Shown here: in pieces, positions 9,106 through 18,866 of the stretch | How the letters are laid out: the number at the start of each line of letters is the position of its first letter | How positions within the stretch are numbered: the first letter of the stretch is position 1 | DNA from: Planctomycetota bacterium | GTDB taxonomy: Bacteria; Planctomycetota; Phycisphaerae; UBA1845; UTPLA1 | Reading direction: 5' to 3' | NCBI GenBank assembly: GCA_003576905.1 | Contig: QEVG01000003.1 | Span: 51,357-115,356, forward strand | Length of the DNA stretch: 64,000 bases | The notes under the pieces: model-generated | Seen by the model: only the letters and a program-made list of their open reading frames with translations | Told to the model about the DNA's origin: nothing | Databases searched by the model: none | Translations under genes and position numbers: made by a program

Positions 9106-9525
9106 TCACTGTTTCGTCAGCGTCGCCGGACCGAGCTCGGTCACCAGCGTGTCATCCGTGAAGATGATATCCAGTTCCGTTCGCATGCTGCCGGTCAGGA
9201 TGTTGTCGGCATCATTGAGCGCCCCTTCAATGATCAGGCCGTCCCGCGTCTCAATGAACGCCGACTGTCCGCTGACCCAGGTCACTTTGTGCACGTTTCG
9301 ATCGATGAATGTCGTTTGACCCATGGTGGTGCGTATCTCGATGAGCGTACCGACCGAGTCGAACACAAACACCTTCCCGTTCTGCCCCGAATCCTGCGAC
9401 GTCAGAACCCAGCTTCCCGCCAGAACCGCTTCGGGCGGAGGAAGAGGGGCCGAACCGCACCCCGAAAGCGAAATTGCGGCGCATACCGCCATCGCGCACC
9501 CTGTGAACAATCTGCGAGCGAGCAT
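9106..9525 (-). CDS. Hypothetical lipoprotein
   Basis: MLARRLFTGCAMAVCAAISLSGC is a lipobox, followed by a beta-rich mature part. Confidence 0.6.
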   Translation of the reverse strand: MLARRLFTGCAMAVCAAISLSGCGSAPLPPPEAVLAGSWVLTSQDSGQNGKVFVFDSVGTLIEIRTTMGQTTFIDRNVHKVTWVSGQSAFIETRDGLIIEGALNDADNILTGSMRTELDIIFTDDTLVTELGPATLTKQ

Positions 9526-9692
9526 GTGAATCTACCACCCTTCCGCGAGGAACGAGCTGCGCGGCATCTGTATCGACCGACTCTGCGGGGTGAGCCCAAC
9601 CGGGCAGCCGGTATCCCCCAACGGGGAATGCGCCGCCGCGGCATATTGTACGAAGGATCCGCAGGCGGGCCAGCGACGTAAAAGACGCGGGA

Positions 9693-10067
9693 TCATGTGG
9701 CAGGGAGGATTGAATTGCCGCATTCCGGACAGCGGCCGGAGACATTACCCGTCAGGTCATAGCCGCATCCGCGGCAATGCCCCTCCATGAGCCGATCGTC
9801 AAGTCTTCGAAGTTGAATCGATCTCACGATCGAAACGGTGCCAAGCAGCGGACCTGACCCAAAAAAGAGCGAACCCAAAGCCGACTCAGTCACCAATTCG
9901 AAAAGAAAGGGCACGTACCAGACGCCGAACACCAGCGACACGATGCCCCAGCCCATCGCCCCGCCGCGCGCCCATGCCGCGCAGCACCCGACGGCAATCA
10001 GTCCGCAAGTGATCGAAAAGACTGGCGGCAGCAACATGATCGGACTGCCAGAACATGCGAGCATCAT
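9693..10067 (-). CDS. Membrane protein with C-terminal CxxCGY..RCPECG zinc ribbon
   Basis: Three predicted TM helices followed by CRGCGYDLTGNVSGRCPECG. The same C-terminal motif occurs in the ORF at 26077-26361. Confidence 0.6.
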   Translation of the reverse strand: MMLACSGSPIMLLPPVFSITCGLIAVGCCAAWARGGAMGWGIVSLVFGVWYVPFLFELVTESALGSLFFGSGPLLGTVSIVRSIQLRRLDDRLMEGHCRGCGYDLTGNVSGRCPECGNSILPAT

Positions 10068-10117
10068 GAAAGGGAATTACGGAATCCGGGCCGATTATTC
10101 GCAACGGCCTCGCCGAG

Positions 10118-11494
10118 CTACCGGTATTTCTCGCAAACCAGCCGGTTAAAACGCTCCACCAGCCCGCCGGTGTCCAGGGTGGCGACCCGGCCGTCTTTTA
10201 CGACGGTCCGCCCGTGAATCAGCACGCAATCGGCCCGGCCGACGTGACAAAGCAAGAGGGCCCCAAGAGGGTCCTGTTCGACCGCCCCCGCAAGGGCAAG
10301 GTCGTCGCGGCGAAAAAGGGCCAGGTCGGCTGCGCAGCCGGGAGCGATATTGCCCAGTTCCGGCCGGTTCAACACGGCGGCGCTGCCGAGCGTGGGAAGG
10401 GTGAAGGCCTGCGCGACGGTCATGGCATCCGCCCCGCCGGCGACCCGCGCCAACAGGAGCGCCTGCCGCGCCTCGGCGAGGAGGTGATTGCCGTCGTTGC
10501 TGCTGCTGCCGTCCACGCCCAACCCGACGCGCGCGCCGGCCGCGAGCAGCCGGCGAATCTGCGGAATGCCGCTGCCCAGCCGCATGTTCGAGCAAGGGCA
10601 GTGGGCGATTCCCGTACGCGTCGCGGCCAGACGCTCAATGTCCGCGCCGGACAGGTGGACACAGTGAGCGAGATAGACATCGGTACCCAGCCAGTCGAGC
10701 TTGTCGAGCCATTCGATCGGACGCATGCCGAACTTCTCGCGGCAGTACCGCTCCTCGTCCAGTGTCTCGGCGGCGTGCGTATGCAGCAGCGCGCCGTGCT
10801 GTCGTGCAAGTGCGGCCGTATCGCGCGAAAGGCCCTCGCTCACCGAAAACGGCGAGCACGGGGCCAGGTCAATCCGCCGCATGGAGCCGGGCCTCGGGTC
10901 GTGGAACTGTTCGAGCACCCGGCCGCAATCTGCGAGGATGTCACGCTCATCCTGGACGCATTCGTCCGGCGGCAGGCCGCCCTTCGACTGCCCGACACTC
11001 ATGCTGCCGCGACAGGCATGGATGCGGATCCCCAGCGACTCGGCGGCCTCCAGCACCGCCTCGATACGAACATCGCTGCCCCGCGGGAAGACGTAGAAGT
11101 GATCGCTGGTCGTCGTGCAGCCGGATAGCAGCAGCTCCGCGATGCTGATCTGACTGGCGAGCTTGACGGCTTCAAAGTCCAGGTGCTTCCACTTCTGGTA
11201 GAGTGCCGCAAGCCAGCCGAATAGCGGCGCGTCCTGCACGCTGCGAAGCCCGCGTGTCAGCGACTGGTACAGATGGTGGTGCGTGTTGACCAGGCCGGGA
11301 ATGATGATGTGCTTGGATCCGTCGATGACTTCGCCGGGCCGGATCACCGAGGCATCGGATGCGTTACGAATCTGCGCGCTTGGAAAGACATCCTGAACGA
11401 AGCCGCCCTCGATGAGAATCGAATGATCCTCAAGCACGACAGGGTCTTCGTGCCGGTGACAGACGATTGTTGCGTTGTCGATGCGAACGGTCAT
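10118..11494 (-). CDS. Amidohydrolase-superfamily deaminase (8-oxoguanine/guanine deaminase-like)
   Basis: GLVNTHHHLYQSLTRG metal-binding motif, plus downstream HxH/D residues (HTHAAE, LAHCVH, GVDGSSSND). It is the last gene of the XDH-type operon. Confidence 0.8.
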   Translation of the reverse strand: MTVRIDNATIVCHRHEDPVVLEDHSILIEGGFVQDVFPSAQIRNASDASVIRPGEVIDGSKHIIIPGLVNTHHHLYQSLTRGLRSVQDAPLFGWLAALYQKWKHLDFEAVKLASQISIAELLLSGCTTTSDHFYVFPRGSDVRIEAVLEAAESLGIRIHACRGSMSVGQSKGGLPPDECVQDERDILADCGRVLEQFHDPRPGSMRRIDLAPCSPFSVSEGLSRDTAALARQHGALLHTHAAETLDEERYCREKFGMRPIEWLDKLDWLGTDVYLAHCVHLSGADIERLAATRTGIAHCPCSNMRLGSGIPQIRRLLAAGARVGLGVDGSSSNDGNHLLAEARQALLLARVAGGADAMTVAQAFTLPTLGSAAVLNRPELGNIAPGCAADLALFRRDDLALAGAVEQDPLGALLLCHVGRADCVLIHGRTVVKDGRVATLDTGGLVERFNRLVCEKYR

Positions 11495-11518
11495 ACCCGG
11501 ATTGTAACGGACCGCAGC

Positions 11519-13948
11519 CTATTTCGACAGCAGCGCGTGCGGCGGCGCCGTGGTTAGCCGGGCTGCGTAAGGCGTCTGTGCGTCGTCCGGGTAGAGCAGT
11601 TCCCAGACGCGCTGCGGATTGCAGGGTGTCGTATGTGGTGCCACGCCGATGGCGTTGCCGATGGCCGACAGGACCGCCGGGGTCGCGGCGATGAGCGGAG
11701 GCTCGCCGATGCCGCGCGCGCCGAAGGGGCCGCCGGGGTCGTCGTTTTCAAGAATGATCGTCTCAATGGTCGGCACGTCGCGGAAGGTCGGAAGGATATA
11801 GTCGGTGAAATTGGCGTTGCGCATGACGCCCCCGTCCATGACGACCTCTTCCATCAGGGCCATGCCGATGCCCTGCGTCGCCCCGCCGATCATCTGCCCG
11901 GCGACGGATTGCGGATTGATTGCCTTCCCCACGTCGTGACAGGCGACATATCGCTCGACGCGCACCTCGCCGGTTTCCATGTCCACCACGACCTGGGCGA
12001 TGTGTGACCCGAAGAGATAGGTGATGAAAGAGCGAGGGGACTGGCCCGTGTCAAAATCCTCGCAGACGGTGCGCGGTTTGAAGATGCCGCTCGCCTCGAG
12101 GCTGTAGCCTCGCTTGCGGCCCTCCTCGATCAGCTTCGCCATCGGCACGACCAGTGAGGGATTAAAGCGGCCGACAGCCTTGCCGTCGTGCAGATCCAGT
12201 TCGTGCGGGTGAACGGGCAGCAGCTTGCTCGCGATGTCCAGCACCTGCTCGCGCAGCTCGCTGGCGGCGATCTTCACGGCGTTCCCAGTGAAGTAGGTCT
12301 GCCTGGTCGCCGAGGACGAGCCGGACTCCTGCGTACGGCCGGTGTCAGCCCATATGACATCCACCAGCGAGAACGGCATGCCCAGCTCTTCGGCGGCGAC
12401 CTGTCCGGCCATGTTGAGCAGGCCCTGACCATACTCCACGCCGCCGGTGTAGACTTCCAGTCGCCCGGCCGGCGTGAGCCTGACCGTTGCCCGGCTCGCA
12501 TCGGGAAAGCCGTCGCCGTAGCCGAGGCCAAAGCAAATGACGGAAATGCCCCAACCGCGCCGCTCGTGCGGCGCCAGCGGGCGATCGTGCTGCTTCTTCG
12601 CCCGGTACTGCCGCAGCGCGGCGTCGAGACACTCAACGGCCGTGGCGATGGGAATGATCTGGCCGGTCGTTACGGCGTCGCCGCTGTGTATGAGATTCTG
12701 TTTCCACAGGTCCGCGCGATCCATTCCGAGGCGCTCGGCGAGACGGTCCATCATGCCGTTGTAGGCAATAGCCATCTGGCACGCGCCGAAGCCGCGCATG
12801 GCCCCGGTCGGGTTGTTGTTGGTATAGACGCCATACACATCGACGTACACATTCGGGATGCGCAGGGGGCCGGTGGCATGACTCGCTGCCTTGCGCAGGA
12901 CGGCCGGACCGGTCGAGGCATAGGCCCCTTCATTGGAGTACACCGTGATCTTCGCGGCGGTCAGGGTGCCGTCCCTCATCGCGCCGATCGTGTAATGAAT
13001 TCTCATGGCATGCCGCTTGTGCCGGGCACGCATCGATTCCTCGCGGCTGTAGCGCATGGCGATCGTCTTACCCGGGTGCTTCAGAGCGACCATGCCGAGA
13101 TAGACCTGCATGGAGAGGTCCTCGCGGCCACCGAACGCGCCGCCCGTCGCCGGCGTAATGATGCGAACCGCCTCCATCGGCAGGCCCAGCGCCAGCGCCG
13201 TAAGCCGCCGCTCCTCGTGGGCCCACTGACCCGAAACGTGCAGGGTGAGCAAGTGTCCATCCCAGCAGGCGATGCCCGCCTCGATGTCCAGAAAGGCATG
13301 ATCGACGGTCTGCGTAACAAAGGTCTCGCTGACGATGACATCGCTCGCCGAAAGTGCCGCGTCGGCGTCACCCTTGCGGATGCGCTTGCCGCCCATGATG
13401 TTTCCGTCCGGGTGGAGCCGCGGCGCGTCCTCGGCCAGGGCATCATCAAAATCGGCGACAACGGGAAGCTCTTCGTAGAGCACCTTGACCGCGTCGCGCC
13501 CGCGCCGGACGGCCCGCTCCGACTCCGCCACCACGATGGCCACCCCGTCCCCGCGGTACAGTACCCGGTCTTCCGCAAGCACCGGATGATCGCGGTGAAT
13601 CAAGCCCTGACGATTCGTGCCCGGCATGTCCTTGGCCGTATAAACGGCAACGACGCCGGGCATGCGAAGGGCGTCGCCCGTTTCGATGGAGCGAATCAGC
13701 GCGTGCGCCTTTTCCGAGCGGACAACCTGCGCGAAATAATCGGCCTTTCCAAAGAAGAGGTCAGCGCCGTACAGGGCCGTGCCAAGCACCTTCTCGGGGC
13801 CGTCAATGCGGCGCTCGCTTCGGCCGACCGGCCCCTTTGGCAACTCCTTGTAGGGCGTCGACGAAGGCTCGACCAGCGGTTCGGTACGCAAAGGCGGCGA
13901 CGCCTTGATTGCCTGCGGTTCCTGATGCGTGGAATCTCCGTTGCGCAT
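11519..13948 (-). CDS. Xanthine dehydrogenase/CoxL-family molybdopterin-binding large subunit
   Basis: Aldehyde oxidase/XDH a/b-hammerhead and MoCo-binding motifs (GGAFGGRED, GMRGFG, GIGEPP). The ATG at 13948 lies 1 nt after the stop of the 2Fe-2S subunit. Confidence 0.9.
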   Translation of the reverse strand: MRNGDSTHQEPQAIKASPPLRTEPLVEPSSTPYKELPKGPVGRSERRIDGPEKVLGTALYGADLFFGKADYFAQVVRSEKAHALIRSIETGDALRMPGVVAVYTAKDMPGTNRQGLIHRDHPVLAEDRVLYRGDGVAIVVAESERAVRRGRDAVKVLYEELPVVADFDDALAEDAPRLHPDGNIMGGKRIRKGDADAALSASDVIVSETFVTQTVDHAFLDIEAGIACWDGHLLTLHVSGQWAHEERRLTALALGLPMEAVRIITPATGGAFGGREDLSMQVYLGMVALKHPGKTIAMRYSREESMRARHKRHAMRIHYTIGAMRDGTLTAAKITVYSNEGAYASTGPAVLRKAASHATGPLRIPNVYVDVYGVYTNNNPTGAMRGFGACQMAIAYNGMMDRLAERLGMDRADLWKQNLIHSGDAVTTGQIIPIATAVECLDAALRQYRAKKQHDRPLAPHERRGWGISVICFGLGYGDGFPDASRATVRLTPAGRLEVYTGGVEYGQGLLNMAGQVAAEELGMPFSLVDVIWADTGRTQESGSSSATRQTYFTGNAVKIAASELREQVLDIASKLLPVHPHELDLHDGKAVGRFNPSLVVPMAKLIEEGRKRGYSLEASGIFKPRTVCEDFDTGQSPRSFITYLFGSHIAQVVVDMETGEVRVERYVACHDVGKAINPQSVAGQMIGGATQGIGMALMEEVVMDGGVMRNANFTDYILPTFRDVPTIETIILENDDPGGPFGARGIGEPPLIAATPAVLSAIGNAIGVAPHTTPCNPQRVWELLYPDDAQTPYAARLTTAPPHALLSK

Positions 13949-13949
13949 G

Positions 13950-14432
13950 TCACTTCCACTGTTGAACGGCCGAGCGAATCGCTTCGCAGATCGCCGCATA
14001 CCCGGTACAGCGGCAGATGTTGCCCTCCATCCCTTCAAAGAACTCCTGTTCCGTGGGATTGGGGTTTTGATCGAGCAACGCCTTCGCCGCCATGATCAGT
14101 CCCGGCGTGCAGTACCCGCACTGCGCCGCGCCGCTGGCGAGAAACTTGTCCTGAAGCACGTGCAATTTGTCGCCGTTGGCCAGCCCCTCGATGGTCTCAA
14201 TCCTCCGTCCCTGCATCTGCGGGCAAAGCACCAGGCAGCTGTTCAGCGCGCGACCGTCGACAATGACTGTGCAAGAGCCGCACTCTCCCTCCAGGCAGGA
14301 TCCCTTGGTCCCGGTCAGGCCAAGCTTGTCGCGGAGGAAAAAGAGCAATGTCTCATCCGGTTCGACCTCGGCCTCGATTGGCCTGCCGTTCACCGTGCAT
14401 CGCAGCTGCCAGGTTGTTGAGTCCGTCGCCAT
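13950..14432 (-). CDS. (2Fe-2S)-binding small subunit of XDH/Cox-family enzyme
   Basis: CLEGECGSCTV and CGYCTPG..NICRCTGY cluster motifs. Confidence 0.93.
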   Translation of the reverse strand: MATDSTTWQLRCTVNGRPIEAEVEPDETLLFFLRDKLGLTGTKGSCLEGECGSCTVIVDGRALNSCLVLCPQMQGRRIETIEGLANGDKLHVLQDKFLASGAAQCGYCTPGLIMAAKALLDQNPNPTEQEFFEGMEGNICRCTGYAAICEAIRSAVQQWK

Positions 14433-14451
14433 GCGTACACGCCCGTGTGCT

Positions 14452-15300
14452 TTATTCCGCGCGACCGGCCGCGCGCGGCGCGTCCTGCCTCAGTTCCCGA
14501 AGCAGTCGGCGCGTGAGGACGCCGCACATCGCCCGGCGATACGATGCCGAGGATCGATGATCGTCAATCGGCGCGACCTCCTTCATGGCCGATTGTGCCG
14601 CCGCCTCGATGGATGCGTCCGCCAGGCCGTCCTTCGCGATGATCGCCTCGGCCTGCCTGGCCCGCATGACGGTCGGCGCGACACAGCCGAATGCAATGCG
14701 CACGTTGCCCCGCGGACTCATGCCGATCGCGCAGCAAACGATGCTGATGTTGATCGAGCCGCGCTTGCCAATCTTGTACCAGGCCGTGCGCCAGTCCGCC
14801 GGAAACCGGACTGCTGTTATCAGTTCATCCGCGACCAGGGCCGTCCTTCGAAAGCCCGTGAAATACTCGTGTATGGGTATGACACGGCGGCCGCGTGTGG
14901 CATGCGAAAGCTCAATGTCGGCGTCTATTGCGAGCAGGGCCACGCAACCGTCCCCCGCCGGCGAAGCCGTACCCAGGTTGCCCGCGATTGTGCCGGCATT
15001 CCGAATCGCCGCCCCGCCGACTGTCATGGCAGCCTGCGAGAGCGCCTTGACTTCAAGCCGTCCAAGCTGCGCAAACGTCGCCCCGCCCCCCGCGACGTAG
15101 CACCCGTTCTCGCGCCGGATCGCGGCGTAGTTCTCCAGACGGCTCAGATCGAGAAAGTGCCGAGGACCCGTGGACTGGCGATTGAGCACCACGACGATAT
15201 CCGTGCCGCCGCCCAGCGGCGTAATCTCCGCGCCGTACTTCGCCCTGGCTTCGAGCGCTTCGGCGACTTGTCGCGGCTGAAGAAACATGCACCATCCCAA
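14452..15300 (-). CDS. FAD-binding subunit (CoxM/XdhA-like) of XDH/Cox-family enzyme
   Basis: GGGTDIVV and the TIAGNLGTASPAGD FAD-binding PCMH motifs. The start is possibly at the internal Met (MFLQP..). Confidence 0.9.
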   Translation of the reverse strand: MGWCMFLQPRQVAEALEARAKYGAEITPLGGGTDIVVVLNRQSTGPRHFLDLSRLENYAAIRRENGCYVAGGGATFAQLGRLEVKALSQAAMTVGGAAIRNAGTIAGNLGTASPAGDGCVALLAIDADIELSHATRGRRVIPIHEYFTGFRRTALVADELITAVRFPADWRTAWYKIGKRGSINISIVCCAIGMSPRGNVRIAFGCVAPTVMRARQAEAIIAKDGLADASIEAAAQSAMKEVAPIDDHRSSASYRRAMCGVLTRRLLRELRQDAPRAAGRAE

Positions 15301-15562
15301 TGGCGTCGCGAACCGCGGTCATGCCTGTATCCCTGCCGCGTTCGCCGCATCTTTAATGATAACTTTTCACATGCCCTTCCACAATCGCAACCCCGGTCGC
15401 CGTACGGGTTCAAAATGGTGTCGCTCAGACATTTAGCCCGTCTATTCGGGAGTCAGACCGTGCCACCACGCGCGCCGATCCGACGCCCGCGCCCTCAGCG
15501 GTGGATGGCGCGACGCGAGCTGGATATCATCCTTTCTTCGCGGCGGATAACCCGCCGCTTCC

Positions 15563-16081
15563 TTGAGGACAGTCGTGTCACGCCCCGACGCAGAATCAAA
15601 GACAGAATTCGAGTCTTCTCGGATCAGCGGCAAAGGCCTTCGCGTGGCCCTGGTTGTGAGCCGCTTTAACAATTCGATCACGCGAAACCTCGCGCGGGGC
15701 GCTCGCGCGGCGCTCCTCAGAAACGGAGTGCGAGCGAGGGACATTCTCGAGGTGGACGTGCCCGGCGCGTGGGAGCTGCCGCTCGCTATTCGAACCCTTG
15801 CCGAGCGCGGGCACATTGACGCCTTTGTGGCGCTCGGGTGCGTCATACGCGGCGAAACCGACCACTATAAGTATGTGGCCGGGGAGGCCTCACGCGGGCT
15901 TTCGGACGTATCACTGGCCCTGGGCGTTCCCGTCGGCTTCGGGCTGCTCACGACGGACACGGCTCGGCAGGCCGCGGAACGGGCGGGCGGAAAGCACGGC
16001 AACAAGGGGGAGGATGCGGCGATGGCCGCCCTGGAAATGGTCAACCTGGCGCGCCGATTCGCTCGTCCGAAACGACGGTAG
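15563..16081 (+). CDS. ribH: 6,7-dimethyl-8-ribityllumazine synthase
   Basis: LRVALVVSRFNNSITRNL..VPGAWELP..ALGCVIRGETDHYKYV, the typical RibH core. The start is TTG at 15563 or GTG at 15575 (uncertain). Confidence 0.92.
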   Translation: MRTVVSRPDAESKTEFESSRISGKGLRVALVVSRFNNSITRNLARGARAALLRNGVRARDILEVDVPGAWELPLAIRTLAERGHIDAFVALGCVIRGETDHYKYVAGEASRGLSDVSLALGVPVGFGLLTTDTARQAAERAGGKHGNKGEDAAMAALEMVNLARRFARPKRR

Positions 16082-16125
16082 CGGCGGCTTGCTTTTGGCC
16101 CATTCCGCCCTTAATAGTCACAGGC

Positions 16126-16626
16126 ATGATCGATCGCCGGGCATCTCGCATTCTGGCCATGCAGGCGCTGTGCCAGATGGAATCGCTGGGGGAGGACTTT
16201 CTCGCCCAGCTGGACGATTTTCTCGCCGACGAGGGTCACCCCGCCGGGGTGCAGGAATACGCGCGGGGTCTCGTCCGGGACTGCTGGAGCCACCGCGAAG
16301 CGCTGGACGCGCGGCTCCAGGCCGTCGCCGAACACTGGGCGACGCGACGCATGGCCATGGTGGATCGCAATATTCTACGCGTTTCGGCGTGCGAGCTGAT
16401 GCACCGCCGCGATATCCCGCCAGCCGTCGTGATCAACGAGGCCGTCGAGATCGCGAGGGCGTTCAGCGGCGCCGAATCACCGGGATTTATTAATGGCGTA
16501 CTGGACGCCGTCCGCAAAGGGCTCGACGCCCCGCCCGCCGCGCCGGTCAATCCGCTCTCGGCGGCGCTCGAGCAGACGCACGCCGCACAATCAGGCATGC
16601 CCGCGGGCGGCCAGGGGACGAACTGA
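16126..16626 (+). CDS. nusB: Transcription antitermination factor NusB
   Basis: RILAMQALCQME..VDRNILRVSACEL....IPPAVVINEAVEIAR.F, with conserved ribH-nusB synteny. Confidence 0.9.
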   Translation: MIDRRASRILAMQALCQMESLGEDFLAQLDDFLADEGHPAGVQEYARGLVRDCWSHREALDARLQAVAEHWATRRMAMVDRNILRVSACELMHRRDIPPAVVINEAVEIARAFSGAESPGFINGVLDAVRKGLDAPPAAPVNPLSAALEQTHAAQSGMPAGGQGTN

Positions 16627-16631
16627 CGAAT

Positions 16632-17546
16632 ATGGGACTGTTTGATCGATTCAAGAAAGCGCTGACCAAGACGCGCGACAAGGTCGTCCGCAGTTTTCAG
16701 TCCATTCTTCCGTTTGGGCGAAAGATCGACGAAGCGCTACTGGAAGAAGTTCATGACACGATGATTCAGGACGACTTCGGCCCGGCCACGGCCGCGAAGC
16801 TGATCGACGCCGTCCGCCAGGCGTGGAAAAAGGCCGAGATCGCCGAGTCCCAGGACATCATCGCCTACCTGAAAAAGCACATCGTCGCCAAGTGGCCGCC
16901 CGATGTTCGGGCCCTTGCAGAGGCCCCGAGCGGCCCCACGGTGATTCTCGTCGCCGGCATCAACGGCTCGGGAAAAACGACCAGCGTGGCCAAGCTGGCG
17001 AACCATCTCAAGAAGCAGGGAAAAAAGGTAATCCTTGGGGCGTGCGACACCTTTCGCGCTGCCGCCGTCCTGCAACTGACCGAGTGGGCCGGCCGGTGCG
17101 GCGTGGACATCATCAAGCACGGGCAGGACGCCGACCCCGGCGCCGTGGCGTATGATGCCTGCGAAGCGGCACTCGCGCGCAAGGCCGACGTGCTGCTGCT
17201 TGATACGGCCGGTCGCCTCCATACACAGGACCACCTGATGCGCGAACTGGCGAAAATCCAGAAAGTCGTCGAGAAGAAGATTCCTGGCGCGCCGCACGAG
17301 GTCCTCCTCGTTCTCGACGCGACGATCGGGCAGAACGCCGTGAACCAGGCTCGCATCTTCAGCGAGCACGTCAAGGTGACCGGGATTATTCTCGCCAAGC
17401 TGGACGGGTCGGCAAAGGGCGGAATCGTCGTCGGGATCCGCGATCAGCTCAACATGCCCGTGAAGTTCGTGGGGCTTGGAGAGAAGATCGACGACATCGA
17501 ACCGTTCGATCCGGAGACGTTTGTCGAGGCGCTGTTCTCGGAATGA
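16632..17546 (+). CDS. ftsY: Signal recognition particle receptor FtsY (short form)
   Basis: NG domain motifs GINGSGKTTS, DTAGRL, AKLDGSAKGG. Confidence 0.95.
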   Translation: MGLFDRFKKALTKTRDKVVRSFQSILPFGRKIDEALLEEVHDTMIQDDFGPATAAKLIDAVRQAWKKAEIAESQDIIAYLKKHIVAKWPPDVRALAEAPSGPTVILVAGINGSGKTTSVAKLANHLKKQGKKVILGACDTFRAAAVLQLTEWAGRCGVDIIKHGQDADPGAVAYDACEAALARKADVLLLDTAGRLHTQDHLMRELAKIQKVVEKKIPGAPHEVLLVLDATIGQNAVNQARIFSEHVKVTGIILAKLDGSAKGGIVVGIRDQLNMPVKFVGLGEKIDDIEPFDPETFVEALFSE

Positions 17547-18502
17547 AGCAAGCCCACGCCGCCGCCGGCACATCGGAAAGGTCTGGACTTCCCGCGAGAC
17601 CGCGGCCGTCCGACGGCACAAATCAGCGGTTCGGCGCGCACCTGTCGGTCGCCGGCGGGCTTCATCTGGCGTTTGACGCCGCCGTGCGGATTGGCTGCGA
17701 CTGCCTGCAAATCTTCGTCAAGAACCAGCGGCAATGGTCGGCCCGACCCCTAAGCGAAGAACAGATTCGGGCGTGGCGCGAGGCGGAGGCCGGGTGCAAC
17801 GTCCGCCCGGTTGTGGCCCACGCGAGTTACCTCCTGAATCTGGCCTCGCCGGACTCGGCGGCCCGCAGGAAGAGCATCGCAGCGCTGGTGGACGAACTGA
17901 CACGGTGCGAAGCCCTTGGTGTGAGCGGCCTGGTTGTTCACCCCGGAGCACATATGGGCGAGGGCGTCGATTCCGGCATACGCCGCATATGCGAATCGCT
18001 CGACGAGGCGCATCACGCAACGCGGGGCTTCTCGGTCCGTGTCCTTCTTGAAACCACTGCCGGCCAAGGTACGTCGCTTGGCCACGAAATCCGGCAGATC
18101 GGCCGGATGGTGGAGGGCGTCCGCGAGTCCGAGCGACTTGGCGTCTGCCTCGACACGTGTCACCTGTTTGCCGCGGGCTACGATCTGCGCGACGGTGAGG
18201 CATACGGGCGCATGATGGACGAACTGGCAGCGCACGTCGGCCTCGCCCGAATTGCCTGTATCCACACAAACGACTCCAAAGGGGGATGCGGCAGCCGCCT
18301 CGATCGGCACGAACACGTCACCAAGGGGGCGATCGGCAGGGGCGGGTTTGCGAATATCCTGAACGACCCTCGGCTGGCGCTCGTTCCGCGGATCCTGGAG
18401 ACGCCCAAGGGCGTTGACGGCCGCAGTGTCGACCTCGACCGGGTGAACATTCAGCGAATGAAGAGATTGATCATGTCGCGAGGCCTGTCCCAATCCAAAT
18501 AG
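17543..18502 (+). CDS. nfo: Deoxyribonuclease IV (endonuclease IV)
   Basis: FGAHLS.AGG....IGCDCLQIF.KNQRQW..HASYLLNLASP..VVHPG..LET.AGQG..CLDTCH..HTNDSK. Its start overlaps the ftsY stop in an ATGA. Confidence 0.92.
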   Translation: MKQAHAAAGTSERSGLPARPRPSDGTNQRFGAHLSVAGGLHLAFDAAVRIGCDCLQIFVKNQRQWSARPLSEEQIRAWREAEAGCNVRPVVAHASYLLNLASPDSAARRKSIAALVDELTRCEALGVSGLVVHPGAHMGEGVDSGIRRICESLDEAHHATRGFSVRVLLETTAGQGTSLGHEIRQIGRMVEGVRESERLGVCLDTCHLFAAGYDLRDGEAYGRMMDELAAHVGLARIACIHTNDSKGGCGSRLDRHEHVTKGAIGRGGFANILNDPRLALVPRILETPKGVDGRSVDLDRVNIQRMKRLIMSRGLSQSK

Positions 18503-18614
18503 ACCCTGACCAGACCCGCGCCGTCCAGTGGCCGATGCTTCATCCTCAGGCTGGAACAACGCGAATCGTCCCGCAACGCGGTTGCGACGGGTGCGGACTG
18601 GGGCTAATATTCTT

Positions 18615-18765
18615 TTGTTCGCTAGGGGTGTCCGCGGACAGCGGACTGAGAGCCGGTCGGCGAGCCGGGACCCTTGGAACCTGATCACCGAAGCGCAGAA
18701 GTTCCGGACCGCGACCGTCAGGGAGCGGGTCCTGATCATGCGACGACGTGCGTAGGGAAGCGGGC
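18615..18765 (+). ncRNA. TPP (THI-box) riboswitch
   Basis: Ordered conserved boxes CTAGGGGTG (18622-18630), CTGAGA (18646-18651), ACCCTTGGAACCTGATC (18670-18686) and GCGTAGGGAAG (18750-18760). It lies upstream of the DLH-thiC gene pair. The spacer between the last two boxes is unusually long. Confidence 0.75.
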
Positions 18766-18866
18766 GGCATGTCATATTCAACGTTTCCATTCTTCGAGAA
18801 GATTTCATTGCGCGGTGCGGTTGCCCCGAGAGACGCTGGTCACGCTTCATCCGGAGAATTCCCTCG

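Noticed and set aside
15301-15562. Possible FMN (RFN) riboswitch upstream of ribH.
   Set aside because: None of the conserved RFN boxes (for example GGTGAAATTCC, ACCGACAGT) is present. The region looks like a plain divergent promoter spacer.
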